DNA of 64,000 nucleotides. Origin: Raja brachyura (lineage: Eukaryota). This document shows positions 36,430 through 47,604 of the stretch, one piece after another. Both the position numbers and the translations under genes were made by a program. The stretch lies in the NCBI GenBank assembly GCA_963514005.1, contig OY740788.1, forward strand, positions 88,288,001 through 88,352,000. Direction: 5' to 3'. How positions within the stretch are numbered: position 1 is the stretch's first letter; each line of letters begins with the position of its first letter. The notes under the pieces are model-generated. The model made no database searches, was not told the origin of the DNA, and saw only the letters and a program-made list of their open reading frames with translations.

Positions 36430-39400
36430 TGTGTCTACACATTCACAGTAGCTACATTAAATTTAAATGGGAGTAGAGCGAGTTTTCGAAGATTTCAGCT
36501 CTTATCAGCCCTAAGGGAGGGGAGATTTGCAGTTTGTTATCTGCAAGAGACACATACCGTTGCTAGTGATGAACCTACCTGGCAACTGGAGTGGGAAGGG
36601 AGGGTTTATATGAGCCATCTCAGCTCAAATTCGAGTGGGGTGGCTTTTCTGTTGGCCCCAGGAAGGAAGTGGTGCCAGGACGTTTGCTCCATTTGGCCGT
36701 GAGCCTGGATGGCATGCCGTTGCATTTCATTAACGTGTATGCCCCTAGCTCCGGCACGATGCAGGCCGGCCTGCTTCGGGAGGTGAATGCTCTGTTGGGC
36801 ACTATTGATAGGGGAGAGTGTGTCTTCCTTGGTGGGGACTTTAATTGCACACTTGAGGTGCGGGACCGTTCTGGTACTCAGTGTGCGCCTGCTGTAGCGA
36901 AGAAGCTGAGAGGCTTGATTGACTCCTTTGAGTTGGTTGATGTTTGGAGGGACCTTCACCCTGATTCCACTGCTTTTTCGCGGAGGTCTGAGGGCGGTGG
37001 TTCCCGCATTGATCGGTTTTATATTTCCCGAGCGTTTGTTTCCCGTGTCTCAGCGGCCTCAATGCGGCTGGTGCCGTGCTCGGACCATTGTCTGGTGCGT
37101 GTGGATTTCAATCCAGCGTGCGCTCGGGCTGGGTCCGCGTACTGGCACTTTAACAACAGGCTGCTGGAGGATCGGTGTTTCCGGGAGTCATTCACTCGGT
37201 TTTGGGTGAAGTGGAGAGAGAGGCAGAGGTGCTTCTCTTCCCTTAGGCAGTGGTGGGATGTGGGTAAAGCTCACATCCGTCTCTTTTGTAAGGAATATAC
37301 ATGGGGGTCGACTGGGAGGCGGGACTCAGCGGTCGAGAAGCTGGAGAGGGAGATACAGGACGCTGAGTCTCGCCTGGGTCAGTTTGGTGAAGACTCCAGC
37401 GAATGGGGAGAGTTTCAGAGGAAGAAGGAGGTTTTGAGGAGTCTGCTGCTTGAGCGATCTCGAGGCGCTTATGTGAGGTCTCGGGTCCAGATGCTGCACG
37501 AGCTGGACCGAGCGTCGCCTTTCTTTTTCTCTTTGGAGAAGGGGCGGGGAGCTCGAAAACAGCTCGTGGAGTTGCTTGCAGATGATGGCTCCTCTGTCAC
37601 TGTTCCAGAGAGGATTAATGCCTTGGTTAGGTCCTTTTATGGGACCCTGTTCTCTGCGGAAGGATTCAGTGTGGAGGCTCAGCAAGATCTGTGGGAGGGT
37701 CTACCGACCGTAGATAGGGGGGAGGCTGATCTTCTTGATGGCCCCTTATCTTTGGAGGAGTTGACTCGCGCCTTGCATCAGCTCAGGAGGGGTAAGTCCC
37801 CCGGGCTGGATGGGTTGACGGTGGAGTTTGTTAGAGCATTCTGGGACGTCCTAGGGGGTGACTATATGTTGGTTCTGGGGGAGAGCCTGGCGACTGGAGT
37901 GATGCCTCTCTCGTGGCGTAGGACGGTTGTTGTCTTGCTGCCTAAGAAGGGCGAACTCCGTTTGTTGAAGAACTGGCGTCCAGTCTCTCTCCTTTGCACA
38001 GAATATAAAATTTTTGCACGGGCAATGGCAAATCGCCTGGGCTCCGTGCTGCATCAAGTGATTCATCCTGATCAATCTTATACAGTCCCTGGCCGGTCCA
38101 TCCAGGATAACATCCACCTGGTTAGGGACCTGATTCATTTAGTCCAGGGTACTGGTGAGTCAGCTGCTTTTCTGTCTCTTGATCAGGAGAAGGCTTTTGA
38201 TAGGGTAGAGCATGAATACCTATTTGGGACGTTGCAAGCGTTTGGGTTTGGACCACACTTCGTGGCCCGGGTCCGGCTTTTGTACGCTGCTGCGGAGTGT
38301 CTTGTAAAGGTTAATGGCGCGGTGCTATCTCCTTTTCATTTTGGGAGGGGGGTCCGCCAGGGGTGCCCTATGTCGGGCCAGTTGTATTCGGTCTGTGTGG
38401 AGCCGTTCCTGTGTCTTCTTCGGAGGAGGTTGACAGGCCTGGCCCTACCTGGCCCGCGGGTTGAGGTGATTCTATCGGCGTATGCCGATGACGTACTTCT
38501 TATGTTCACTGATCCTGGTGACCTGCGGAGGATGCGCGACTGCCAGGAGATATTCTCGGCTGCATCTTCTGCTAGGATTAACTGGAGTAAGTGCTCTGGA
38601 CTTTTGGTGGGTCAGTGGCGGGTAGACTCCCTGCCGGAGGAGATGGCATTGTATGCGTGGAGTACCACGCACCTCCTCTATCTGGGGGTGTACCTGAGTC
38701 CCACTGAGGATGTTTGGCCGGCAAACTGGCAAGAGTTGGAGACGAAGGTGGTTGCTCGGCTGGGGCGCTGGGCAGGCCTGCTTGGAGTTCTCTCCTTTCG
38801 GGGGAGGGTGCTGGTCATAAACCAGCTGGTGGCCTCTATGTTATGGTACCGGCTGGCTACTCTTGTCCCGCCCTCTATATTTGTAACTGCTATACAGAAG
38901 AAGCTGGTGGATTTCTTTTGGGGAAATAGGAAGCATTGGATTTCCGCGGCGGTCCTGAGTCTTCCGTTAGAGGAGGGCGGCCAGTCCTTGGTGTGCGTGC
39001 GCACCCAGGTGACGGCTCTCCGTCTCAGGACTCTGCGGAGATACATGTATGTAGAGAACCCTCCCAGATGGCACGCTCTGGCCACGTATTTTTTTCGTCA
39101 GGGTCGTTGCCTAAGGGGGGTCTCGCGGCTCCCGGTGGCGGGTGTCAGTCGACCCGCTCTAAGGGGCTTGCCTGTTTTCTATAGGGATGTGTTAAGAGTG
39201 AGGAATTTGGTGGTGTTCAGCCAGAGTGTTGTTCCACGAGGAGAGGGGGATGTTGTGGCTGCGGGTGTGGCTGGTCCTCATCCTGTCATGGTGGTTGTCG
39301 AGGAGAGGCGCGAGCCTAGAGTGGTTCAGATAGAGCTTACCCCTGCTCCGTCAGATCTGCTCATCGGGCCTAGGCTTCGGGATATTTCTCGGCCTCCGGC

Positions 39401-40112
39401 TCCGCATAATCTGAGCTGCCTTTCTGAGATGACCAGCATGCCATTTTGTGATGCAAGGAGACGCGCACTGTACAGGATGCTCCTGCACATTCTGAACCAC
39501 CGTGCCTTCGTCTCCCGTCCTGACTCACCATGGAGGACGGTGTTACCATCCGAAGGCGGCGGGGGGCCCCAGTGGGGGTCCTTCTATAAGGGAGTTGTAC
39601 CCCTTTATATTGGGGACCTGGGGTGGAGAGTGCTGCATGGAGCGGTGGTTTGTAATAAACTTTTGAGTCGGTTCACGGGCTCGTCTGCCGCATGTATTTT
39701 CTGCGGAGAGGAGGAGACCGTATTCCATGTGTATATGGAGTGTGTGAGGTTACTGCCCCTGTACCAATATCTGAAGGGGCTGTTCCTCAAGTTCTGGCTG
39801 CATTTTAGCCCCACAATCCTGGTGTTTGGACACAAGGCGGGGAGTGGGGAGAGCCGAGTGTGGGGGGGGGACTTACCTGTCGGTTTGCTCCTTGGCCTGG
39901 CCAAGATGGCCATTCGTGGGTCCAGGCAGCGGGCGGTCGACGGTCTGGCGAGAGTCGGCTGCCTGCCCCTCTTTCGGGCCTACGTCCGTGCACGTGTGTC
40001 CCTGGAGAGGGAACACGCGGTGTTCACGGGGACTCTGGAGGCCTTCCGTCAGCGCTGGTCGCCGCGTGGGGTTGAGGCGATTATAAATGAATGTACTGCT
40101 GTACTACAATGA
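36430..40112 (+). pseudogene. Tx1 ORF2p (APE, RT, CCHC) with one frameshift near 36660
   Basis: TLNLNG...LQETH...SGVAFLLAP is in one frame. EVVPGRLL...GDFNC...SDH...GVRQGCPMS...YADD...CIFCGEEETVFHVYMEC is in another and stays open to 40112. Confidence 0.88.
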
Positions 40113-40410
40113 TCTGTTCATTATAGTGTGATTTTTGATTGTGTTTTGATGTGTTGTATTTTATGATTTGTGTTGAATAAAGTTTTTGAAATGAAAAAAA
40201 AAAAAAAAAAAGAGTGAAAGATAATCGTGAACAGGGAGAAAGTTGCAATCAGTTGCAATCATGATTTTAATATCAGTTGCGAACCAAGTTAGCATCACTT
40301 TTACATGAGGTTATCTAATGACCAAGGATGAATGTATTTTAAGTTGAAACACATACAGTATTTAGCACCCCCAACATTAGTGTTCATCTATTGATATTTT
40401 CCCTTTCAAG

Positions 40411-40755
40411 TTGCAAACCCTCCGATCCTGATCCAATTCCCGAGGCTGGAGCGTGTCACTGAGGGTCACACGGCACGGTTATGGTGCTCCATGGAGAACG
40501 CTGAAGTGGGAAACACTGACGTCCACTGGTACCGAGAACTACCCGGGCAGGACATGGAGTGGGATTTAACACACGAGGCAGGAGGCAGCGTACGAAGGAG
40601 ACCAGGCTTCACTGAGCGGTTCCAGCCGTTCAAAGACGTCTCCAACAGCAGCTTCATCCTGAATGTCACAAACGTGATGCTCATTGACTCTGCCGTCTAT
40701 TACTGCACAGTGTGGGGAGATATCAGAGGGAATGGGACCCAGCTCAACGTAACCA
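40411..40755 (+). CDS. Ig V-set exon V2, germline-joined VJ type, intact
   Basis: Acceptor tttccctttcaag| and donor acca|gtgagt, 345 nt, phase 1/1. Translation ANPPILIQFPRLERVTEGHTARLWC...VHWYRELPGQDMEW...PGFTERF...DSAVYYCTVWGDIRGNGTQLNVT. Confidence 0.92.
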
Positions 40756-41091
40756 GTGAGTACAAATTATATTTGGTTTTATTCACCTATGTGTAACTAT
40801 ATTTAGCGATGTTACTATACCTACCTTCAGCGGTGCTGCAGTTCTGTCTCTGGTCTTGGGTGCGACTTTGGCGCCTTTGGGGGTGGGTGGGGGGGTGGGA
40901 TTAAAATCGAGTTTTGCTTCGCTTATACGAGGGGAATTTCCTCGGGCTGCGAGTCGATGAAGAAAAATCGATCGGACTTCCATTCCCGATTTTTTTTTTT
41001 TAAATCGTTGAACAATTTAATAGTTAGATTAAAATAAAAAGCGACTTCTAACGCCCTCAACGCCTACAACGTGACACATCGCAAGAACGGG

Positions 41092-41865
41092 ACAAACTTT
41101 GGCAGCAAAAACAAGGGGGCAGATTATTATCTCAATGGGGTTAGGTTAAGTAAGGGGGAGGTACAGCGAGACCTGGGTGTCCTTGTACATCAGTCACTGA
41201 AAGTTGGCGTGTAGGTACAGCAGGCAGTGAAGAAAGCTAATGGAATGTTGGCCTTCATAATAAGAGGATGTCAGTACAGGAGTAAAGAGGTTCTTCTGCA
41301 GTTGTATAGGGCTCTGGTGAGACCACATCTGGAGTATTGTGTACAGTTTTGGTCTCCTAATTTGAGGAAGGACATCCTTGTGATTGAGGCAGTGCAGCGT
41401 AGGTTCACAAGATTGATCCCTGGGATGGCGACTCTGTCATATGATTGGATTCACTGGGGTTTAGAAGGATGAGGGGGGATCTGTAAGAAACATATAAAAT
41501 TATAAAAGGACTGGACAAGCTAGATGCAGGAAAAATGTTCCCAATGTTGGGCGAGTCCATTACCAGGGGCCACAGTCTTAGAATAAAGGGGAGGTAATTT
41601 AAGACTGAGGTGAGAAAATATTGTTTCACCCAGAGAGTTGTGAATCTATGGAATTCCCTGCCACAGAGGGCAGTGGAGGCCGTCACTAGATTTAATAGAG
41701 AGTTAGATAGAGCTCTAGGGGCTAGTGGAGTCAAGGGATATGGAAAGAAGGCAGACACAGGTTATTGATAGGGAACGATCAGCCATGATCACAATGAATG
41801 GCGGTGCTGGCTCGAAGGGCCGAATGGCCTCCTCCTGCATCTATTTTCTACGTTTCTATGTTTCT
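41092..41865 (+). mobile_element. CR1 3' fragment
   Basis: KANGMLAFI..VRPHLEYC, followed by the 3' UTR and tail. Confidence 0.9.
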
Positions 41866-42375
41866 GAATGGTAAGTCGTCTAGTTTACATATAATCTTGC
41901 TTCTTGGGGTGGCTTTAATCAAATTTTACGTTGCAAAAATGTGATTTGGGCCCCATACAAACTGGCAGTATCTTTCCTGCCGATATGGGGTACAAATTCA
42001 CCGCAAATGCAACGTTCCAATCCAGAAACACGCACTTGCAAGATGATTAAAATTATTTTTTCTTTGGACAATCATGTCATAAGAATATCTAAATCATCTA
42101 TATTTTGTGTAATTGTATAATCAATATTTTTATACTAAATATACACAACAACTTTAGCCACATTTATTGTGCCAAAAATAATACTTTTGATTATATTGAG
42201 TGGATGTTTCTAGATTAATTTAAGGGAATTAAACATTAAATTCCTTCCATCTGGCATATGTTCATGACTGGGATTTAAAAAGCATGTTATATTGTGAATT
42301 CTTGTGTGAATGGGATTCATTTGTTATTTGGATACTTAGGCTATTTAAAACAATTATCCTTTTCTTAAGAAATGG

Positions 42376-43732
42376 AATCTACAGGACATTCTTAATGGGA
42401 AAGTAGTAGGCAGAAAGGCATGCCATGCGTGGTTTGAAGAGCAAAAACTTGTAGTTTACAATGCCAAAATTGAAAAGTCGAGGAAAGACAAGGTGTACAG
42501 AGTTGTTTATTGGTTACAATCTGAGGAGTAGACGATAGACAACAGACAATAGACAACAGGTGCAGGAGTAGGCCATTCGGCCTTTCCAGCCAGCACTGCC
42601 ATTCAATGTGATCATGGCTGATCATCCCCAATCAGTACCCCGTTCCTGCCTTCTCCCCATATCCCCTGACTCCCCTATTTTTAAGAGCCCTATCTAGCTC
42701 TCTCTTGAAAGCATCCAGAGAACCTGTCTCCACTGCCCTCTAAGGCAGAAAATTCCACAGACTCACCACTCTCTGTGAGAAAAAGTGTTTCCCCGTCTCC
42801 GTTCTAAATGGCTTATTCTTAAACTGTGGCCCCTGTTTCTGGACTCCCCCAACATCAGGAACATGTTTCAATGAGATCCCCTCTCATCCTTCTAAACTCC
42901 AGAGTGTACAAGCCCAGCTCTCAGCATCTGACAGTCTCCCAGCATATGACATTCCCGCCATCCCGGGAATTAACCTTGTAAACCTACGCTGCACTCCCTC
43001 AATAGCAAGAATGTCCTTCCTCAAATTAGGGGACCAAAACTGCACACAATATTCCAGGTGTGGTCTCACTTGGGCCCTGTACAACTGCAGAAGGACCTCT
43101 TCGTTCCTATATTCGATTCCTCTTGTTATAAAGGCCAACATGCCATTCGCTTTCTTCACTGCCTGCTGTACCTGCATGCTTACTTTCATAGACTGATGTA
43201 CAAGGACCCCAGATCCCGTTGTACTTCCCCTTTTCCCAACTTTACGCCATTTAGATAGTAATCTGCTTTCCTGTTTTTTATACCAAAGTGGATAATCTCA
43301 CTTCTATATCCATTAAAGTTCATCTGCCATGCATCTGCCCACTCCCCCAACCTGTCCAAGTCACCCTGCATTCTCATAGCATCCTCCTCACAGTTCACAC
43401 TGCCACCCAGCTTTGTGTCATCTGCAAATTTGCTAATGTTACTTTGAATCCCTTCATCCAAATCATTGATGTATATTGTAAATAGCTGGGGTCCCAGCAC
43501 CGAACCTTGCGGTACCCCACTAGTCACTGCCTGCCATTCTGAAAGGGACCCGTTAATCCCTACTCTTTGTTTCCTGTCTGCCAACGACTTCTCTATCCAT
43601 GTCAGCACTCTACCCCCAATACCATGTGCCCACTAATCCCCTATGTGGGAGTATGATGATGTTATTGATTATGATATGCCAATGTACCAGTTAGCAACCG
43701 ATCTTCTCCATAAAAACTTGGTTTATTGCTAG
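42376..43732 (+). pseudogene. Split coding fragment resembling a Tudor/Spindlin-like module, probably transposon-derived
   Basis: Removing CR1 42531-43647 and one TSD copy restores the frame NLQDILNGKVVGRKACHAWFEEQKLVVYNAKIEKSRKDKVYRVVYWLQSEEYDDVIDYDMPMYQLATDLLHKNLVYC*. Confidence 0.55.
42531..43647 (-). mobile_element. CR1 fragment with a 6-bp TSD
   Basis: RT ORFs 42884-43608. ggagta lies at 42525-42530 and 43648-43653. Confidence 0.92.
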
Positions 43733-45068
43733 AAATTGTAATGTATTTACCTATCTGTTACAGAGTTACAGCATATAATACAATAATATTAAAGTTCTGA
43801 TCTTGAGAATATCACATTTTTGAATTTTCAAGGCAGTCTGGGTGTTTATTACTATTTCTGTCACAACAGTCAATTAACTGGGGTGGGCGATTGCAACCTT
43901 CACGTGGTCCGCCCTGTTTCCACGAATGTTGTCCTACAACTTTAGGCTGTGCACGCCATATGCAAGAAGAAGAAGAAGGTAACTAACTAATTATAGACGT
44001 TAATTTCAGGTCATCCAAGAAAAATGTTTTATATTTGTTTCAGAATGCGTCAATCTATAATAACTGAAAATTTCATTCAGTTCTCTTAATTTTTAAGAAA
44101 GTTATGGGCTTTTGACTGTCCTGGATCACAGCTTTTGTGTTAAGTCCAGCAGCCTAACTGGAGGCGCTGGAGACATTTCCCTGGTTCAAGCTCACACCGG
44201 CCCTTGCTCCTTGTGTCTGACGTCTCCAGCTCTCTCCCGGTCATGCCAACAGATGAGCCTTTTGACAGGTTCCCAGTCCCGCCGACCGGCGAACCTTCAG
44301 GCTTGTTTTCAACCAGGAATCACTGATACTTGTACCAGTCACAGAGCAGAGGCAACAACAACACTGTCACTGGAGCCAAGGCCAGGGATCTGGGACTGGC
44401 TGAGAAGAAACAGGTTACACGTTGATCACCTGTGTTCATGCCCTCCCTCAGGCTGACAGATCATTGTTGTCTGGATCTGAGTCTTTGCTCATCTGCATTG
44501 TGTTGATGCGGGCCCCTAATCCACATTAAATAGTGGGAAGCACAGTTGAAATTCCCCCTCAATATCATTTCCATGTTCCAGTGAAGTAGATAACTCATTG
44601 CACCATCGGCAGTAAAGGAAAGATAAGAATCCGACACAAAGGCAGAAGAATAGGGTTGGTGTAATTACAGAGTCAACGTGGATGTATGAAATGGACATCA
44701 TGGGTGAGTAATCTTTTAAAGCTCACGTTGTTAGATGTTTGTGACGAGCAAAGTAGGGTTGTGTTTGTCAATGAGCCATGCGGAGACAGTAGCTGTAGAC
44801 GAGATCGACCATTATTCATCACAAGCAGACACGTAGATGGGAGAATCTCCTGGAGGAACTGGAATGAACAGCAGGTATTCAAACTGAGAGGCTGTGACTA
44901 GTGAGAGGTGGTGCAGGGTTTGGTGCTGGGACCCTCACTGTTCACAATCGAGGATGAGGAGACCAAGTATAACATATCCTGGTTAGTTGGTAGGCGATGC
45001 AACATGTGAGGAAGCTGCAGGGGGCACAGGCAAGTATAAAGAGCAGGACAAGCCAGATGGACTATAAC

Positions 45069-46100
45069 TAGCAATGTTACAAAATTTCGAGATTTAAAAA
45101 ATCAAGTCTGCAATTTATCCCATCAGATAAAGCATAAAACAAAGTTTAATTTGACACCTAATTCACTTTCATATCTTCGGTATTAAGAAAGTTATGGCCA
45201 TTTTCATATTCGGAAATTAGCATCTTGTTCCCCATTGCCTTTCAATTGACAACTCAAAAGCTGTGATCTGGAACAGTTAAAAGCCCATAACTTTCTTAAA
45301 AATTAAGAGAACTCAATGAAATTTTCAGTTATTATAGATTGAAGCATTCTGAAACAAATATGAAACAATCTTACTTGGATGACCTGAAATTAAAGTATAT
45401 AATTAGTTAGTTATCTAATTGTAGCTAATTACAAAATTCAATGAGTAGATCTAAACATCTATCCATTTCTTAAGAAAAGATATACTTTTTTAAAATTGCC
45501 TAAGTGTCCAAATAACATTCACACAATAATCCACAATATAACATAATTTTTAAATCTCATTTTCATGAATTTCTGGGCCAAATGGAAGGAATTTAGTGTT
45601 TGATTCCTGTAAATTAATGGCCATTTAAATCAACTAGCGAGTGGGTTTTAGTGGAATGCGGTGGATTGGAACGTTGCGCTTAGCGGTGAAGTCGGGAGGA
45701 AAAATACTGTTTGTTCATACATTTTTTTGGACCCCATTTCGCAACATGAAAATATTATTAAAGCCTCCCGAAAAACCAACTTTTAATATAAAAATAAACT
45801 ATTTACCTTTTTTTCCTCCCCTACGCAAAATCCTTCCGGTTGTCGGCTCTCACGGCTTTTGAAGGTGATTTTTAAATTACTCTAGTTAATAAATAATTTA
45901 GAGTAATTTAAAAATACCTTCATTCATGACATGTCGGAGCGATTTTTCTTCCGCAACCAAATCGCCCGACATTGATCGATTTTCCCTGCCTGTGGAAAAA
46001 CGGCACTTTAAGCTCGCCCGCCTCTGAAAGGCGCCAAAATCGCGCACACGGGAGCGGCAGAACTGCAGCGCTGCTCAAGGTAAGTTTTGTAACATACCTA
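45069..46100 (+). mobile_element. Complete ~1-kb non-autonomous DNA transposon (TAG termini, hAT-like)
   Basis: TIRs TAGCAATGTTACAAAA and TTTTGTAACATACCTA. ctataac is duplicated at 45062-45068 and 46101-46107. Confidence 0.8.
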
Positions 46101-46498
46101 CTATAACTTGGAAAAATATAGTCATTCACTTCTGCAGGAAAAACAGACATGCAAAGTATTTTTTTGAATGTTGTGAGACTGTAATGTCAGAAGAATCTGG
46201 GTGTTCTTATGCACAAAAGAACTTAAGATCAACATGTAGATAGAATGAGCAGTTTAGAAGGCAAACAATATATTAAAAAACAAAAGGCACAAGCTGTTGG
46301 AGTAACTTGAAAGGTCAGCCAGCAAGTCCGGAGAACATGGATAAATCTGACATCCTCGATAATCTTACTCTTCAATTATCCTGAGCCTCACTGGGAAGTA
46401 TGTGATGGTATTCAAATTTTAGAAACTTACACACTAAATGCTGGAGAAATATGATGCCTTCCATTGAGCTCCATGTATATTCACACAGAGTGAAAGAT

Positions 46499-47492
46499 AC
46501 ATCTTCTAGATGCACTGGGACGCATCCTCAGTGATGTGACCTGGGGTCATCGGGGGTTTCAGGTCTCACAAAATCAGGCACCCTCGCCCAGGCGACCCAG
46601 CCGGGGTTGATCAGGCCCCGACGTGCGTCCCAGCAGTAACCGCCCACGATCAGCCCTCTTAATCCAAAGCCACCTAGTGGCTTTCTCTGCGGCTTGGCTT
46701 GCGGAGTGAATGGCCCTCTTCTTTGCCAGCCCCGTAATGCCCAACTGGTTGAGGACTTTGCAGAGCGAGAGTCTGCAAAGCCTCTACACCCCACCTCTAT
46801 CGGCTCATAGTCTGTCTTCCAGCCTCTGTCTTGGCACATCTCCACCAGTTCCTGGTACTTTGTGCATTTCCTCTCATTAGCCTCTTCAATAAGCTCTTCC
46901 CGGGGCACTGTCAGTTGCAGAACGATCAGCTTTGTCACTTCGGAGGTGATGATCATGTCTGGCCGGAGTGATGTTGCTGTGATGTGCTGTGGAAATGTCA
47001 GCTGTTTGCCCAGATGGACGTGCAGATGCCAGTCAGTGGCTGTGTAGAGGAGGCCCGTCCATGTTTTTGGTTGTGGTCGAGGCTTCTCCCCAGCTTTGAC
47101 AAAAGTGATTGATTTCTTTGGGGCGTGGTGGTGTTTGCTGTTACCGATGGCAGTGGCGATGCTCTCAACAACCACCTTGAGCACCCGGTCGTGGCACCGC
47201 CGATAGCGACTTTGCCCAAGGGACTTTGGGCAGCTGCTGAGGAGGTTCTAATGATCCTCTTCCAGAGCAATGTGGGCAGGAAGGTGCCTCGCTCTTGCCC
47301 CAGACGTGGAGATTTGCTGGGCTTGGTAGGGCATCGTAGACACGCTGGAGGTCTGCCTGCGTGATGTTTGACCAGGTAATCCTGCGCTGCGGTATGCTCG
47401 CCCACCTTGTCCACGCTCCCTGCTGCCTGAGCCCCACCGTCCAGCTCACACGCTCTTCCTCCACACCTGCTCGGACCTCTTCCTGAGCCATG
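46499..47492 (-). mobile_element. R2-Hero-type (restriction-like endonuclease) non-LTR retrotransposon, 3' fragment
   Basis: YDALPSPANLHVWG...CPHC, then LRPDMII...LTVP.E...EANERK..KYQEL....GW.....IEVGCRGF (PD-(D/E)xK RLE domain). Confidence 0.85.
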
Positions 47493-47604
47493 AGCACCAG
47501 TTACATTCTGACCATCGCCAATGTCTCCATCAATGATACTGCTGTCTACAACTGCAGTGTGTGGAGTTACATCTATGCAGCAGGGTCCCAGCTCAATGTA
47601 ACTG
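47493..47604 (+). pseudogene. V3: 3' third of a VJ-type Ig V exon (5' part lost at the Hero junction)
   Basis: STSYILTIANVSINDTAVYNCSVWSYIYAAGSQLNVT followed by a phase-1 donor actg|gtaagt. Confidence 0.88.

Larger units (their letters stand above)
33434..40210 (+). mobile_element. Full-length Tx1-clade LINE in the V1-V2 intron
   Basis: 5' UTR with (GA)n, ORF1, ORF2, AATAAA and poly(A) to 40210. Candidate 4-bp TSD agag at 33430-33433 and 40211-40214. Confidence 0.93.
40804..44148 (-). mobile_element. Fragmented copy of the AT-rich TIR element family (see 45069-46100), interrupted by CR1s and other inserts
   Basis: Starts tagcgatgttac...gctgcagttctg. Segments 41866-42375 and 43978-44148 are reverse complements of the 45069-46100 element. 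Confidence 0.75.

Noticed and set aside
44516-44701. Minus-strand ORF with a TM-like stretch (VITPTLFFCLCVGFLSFLY)
   Set aside because: It is on the opposite strand to the V exons, has no supporting gene structure, and is probably chance.
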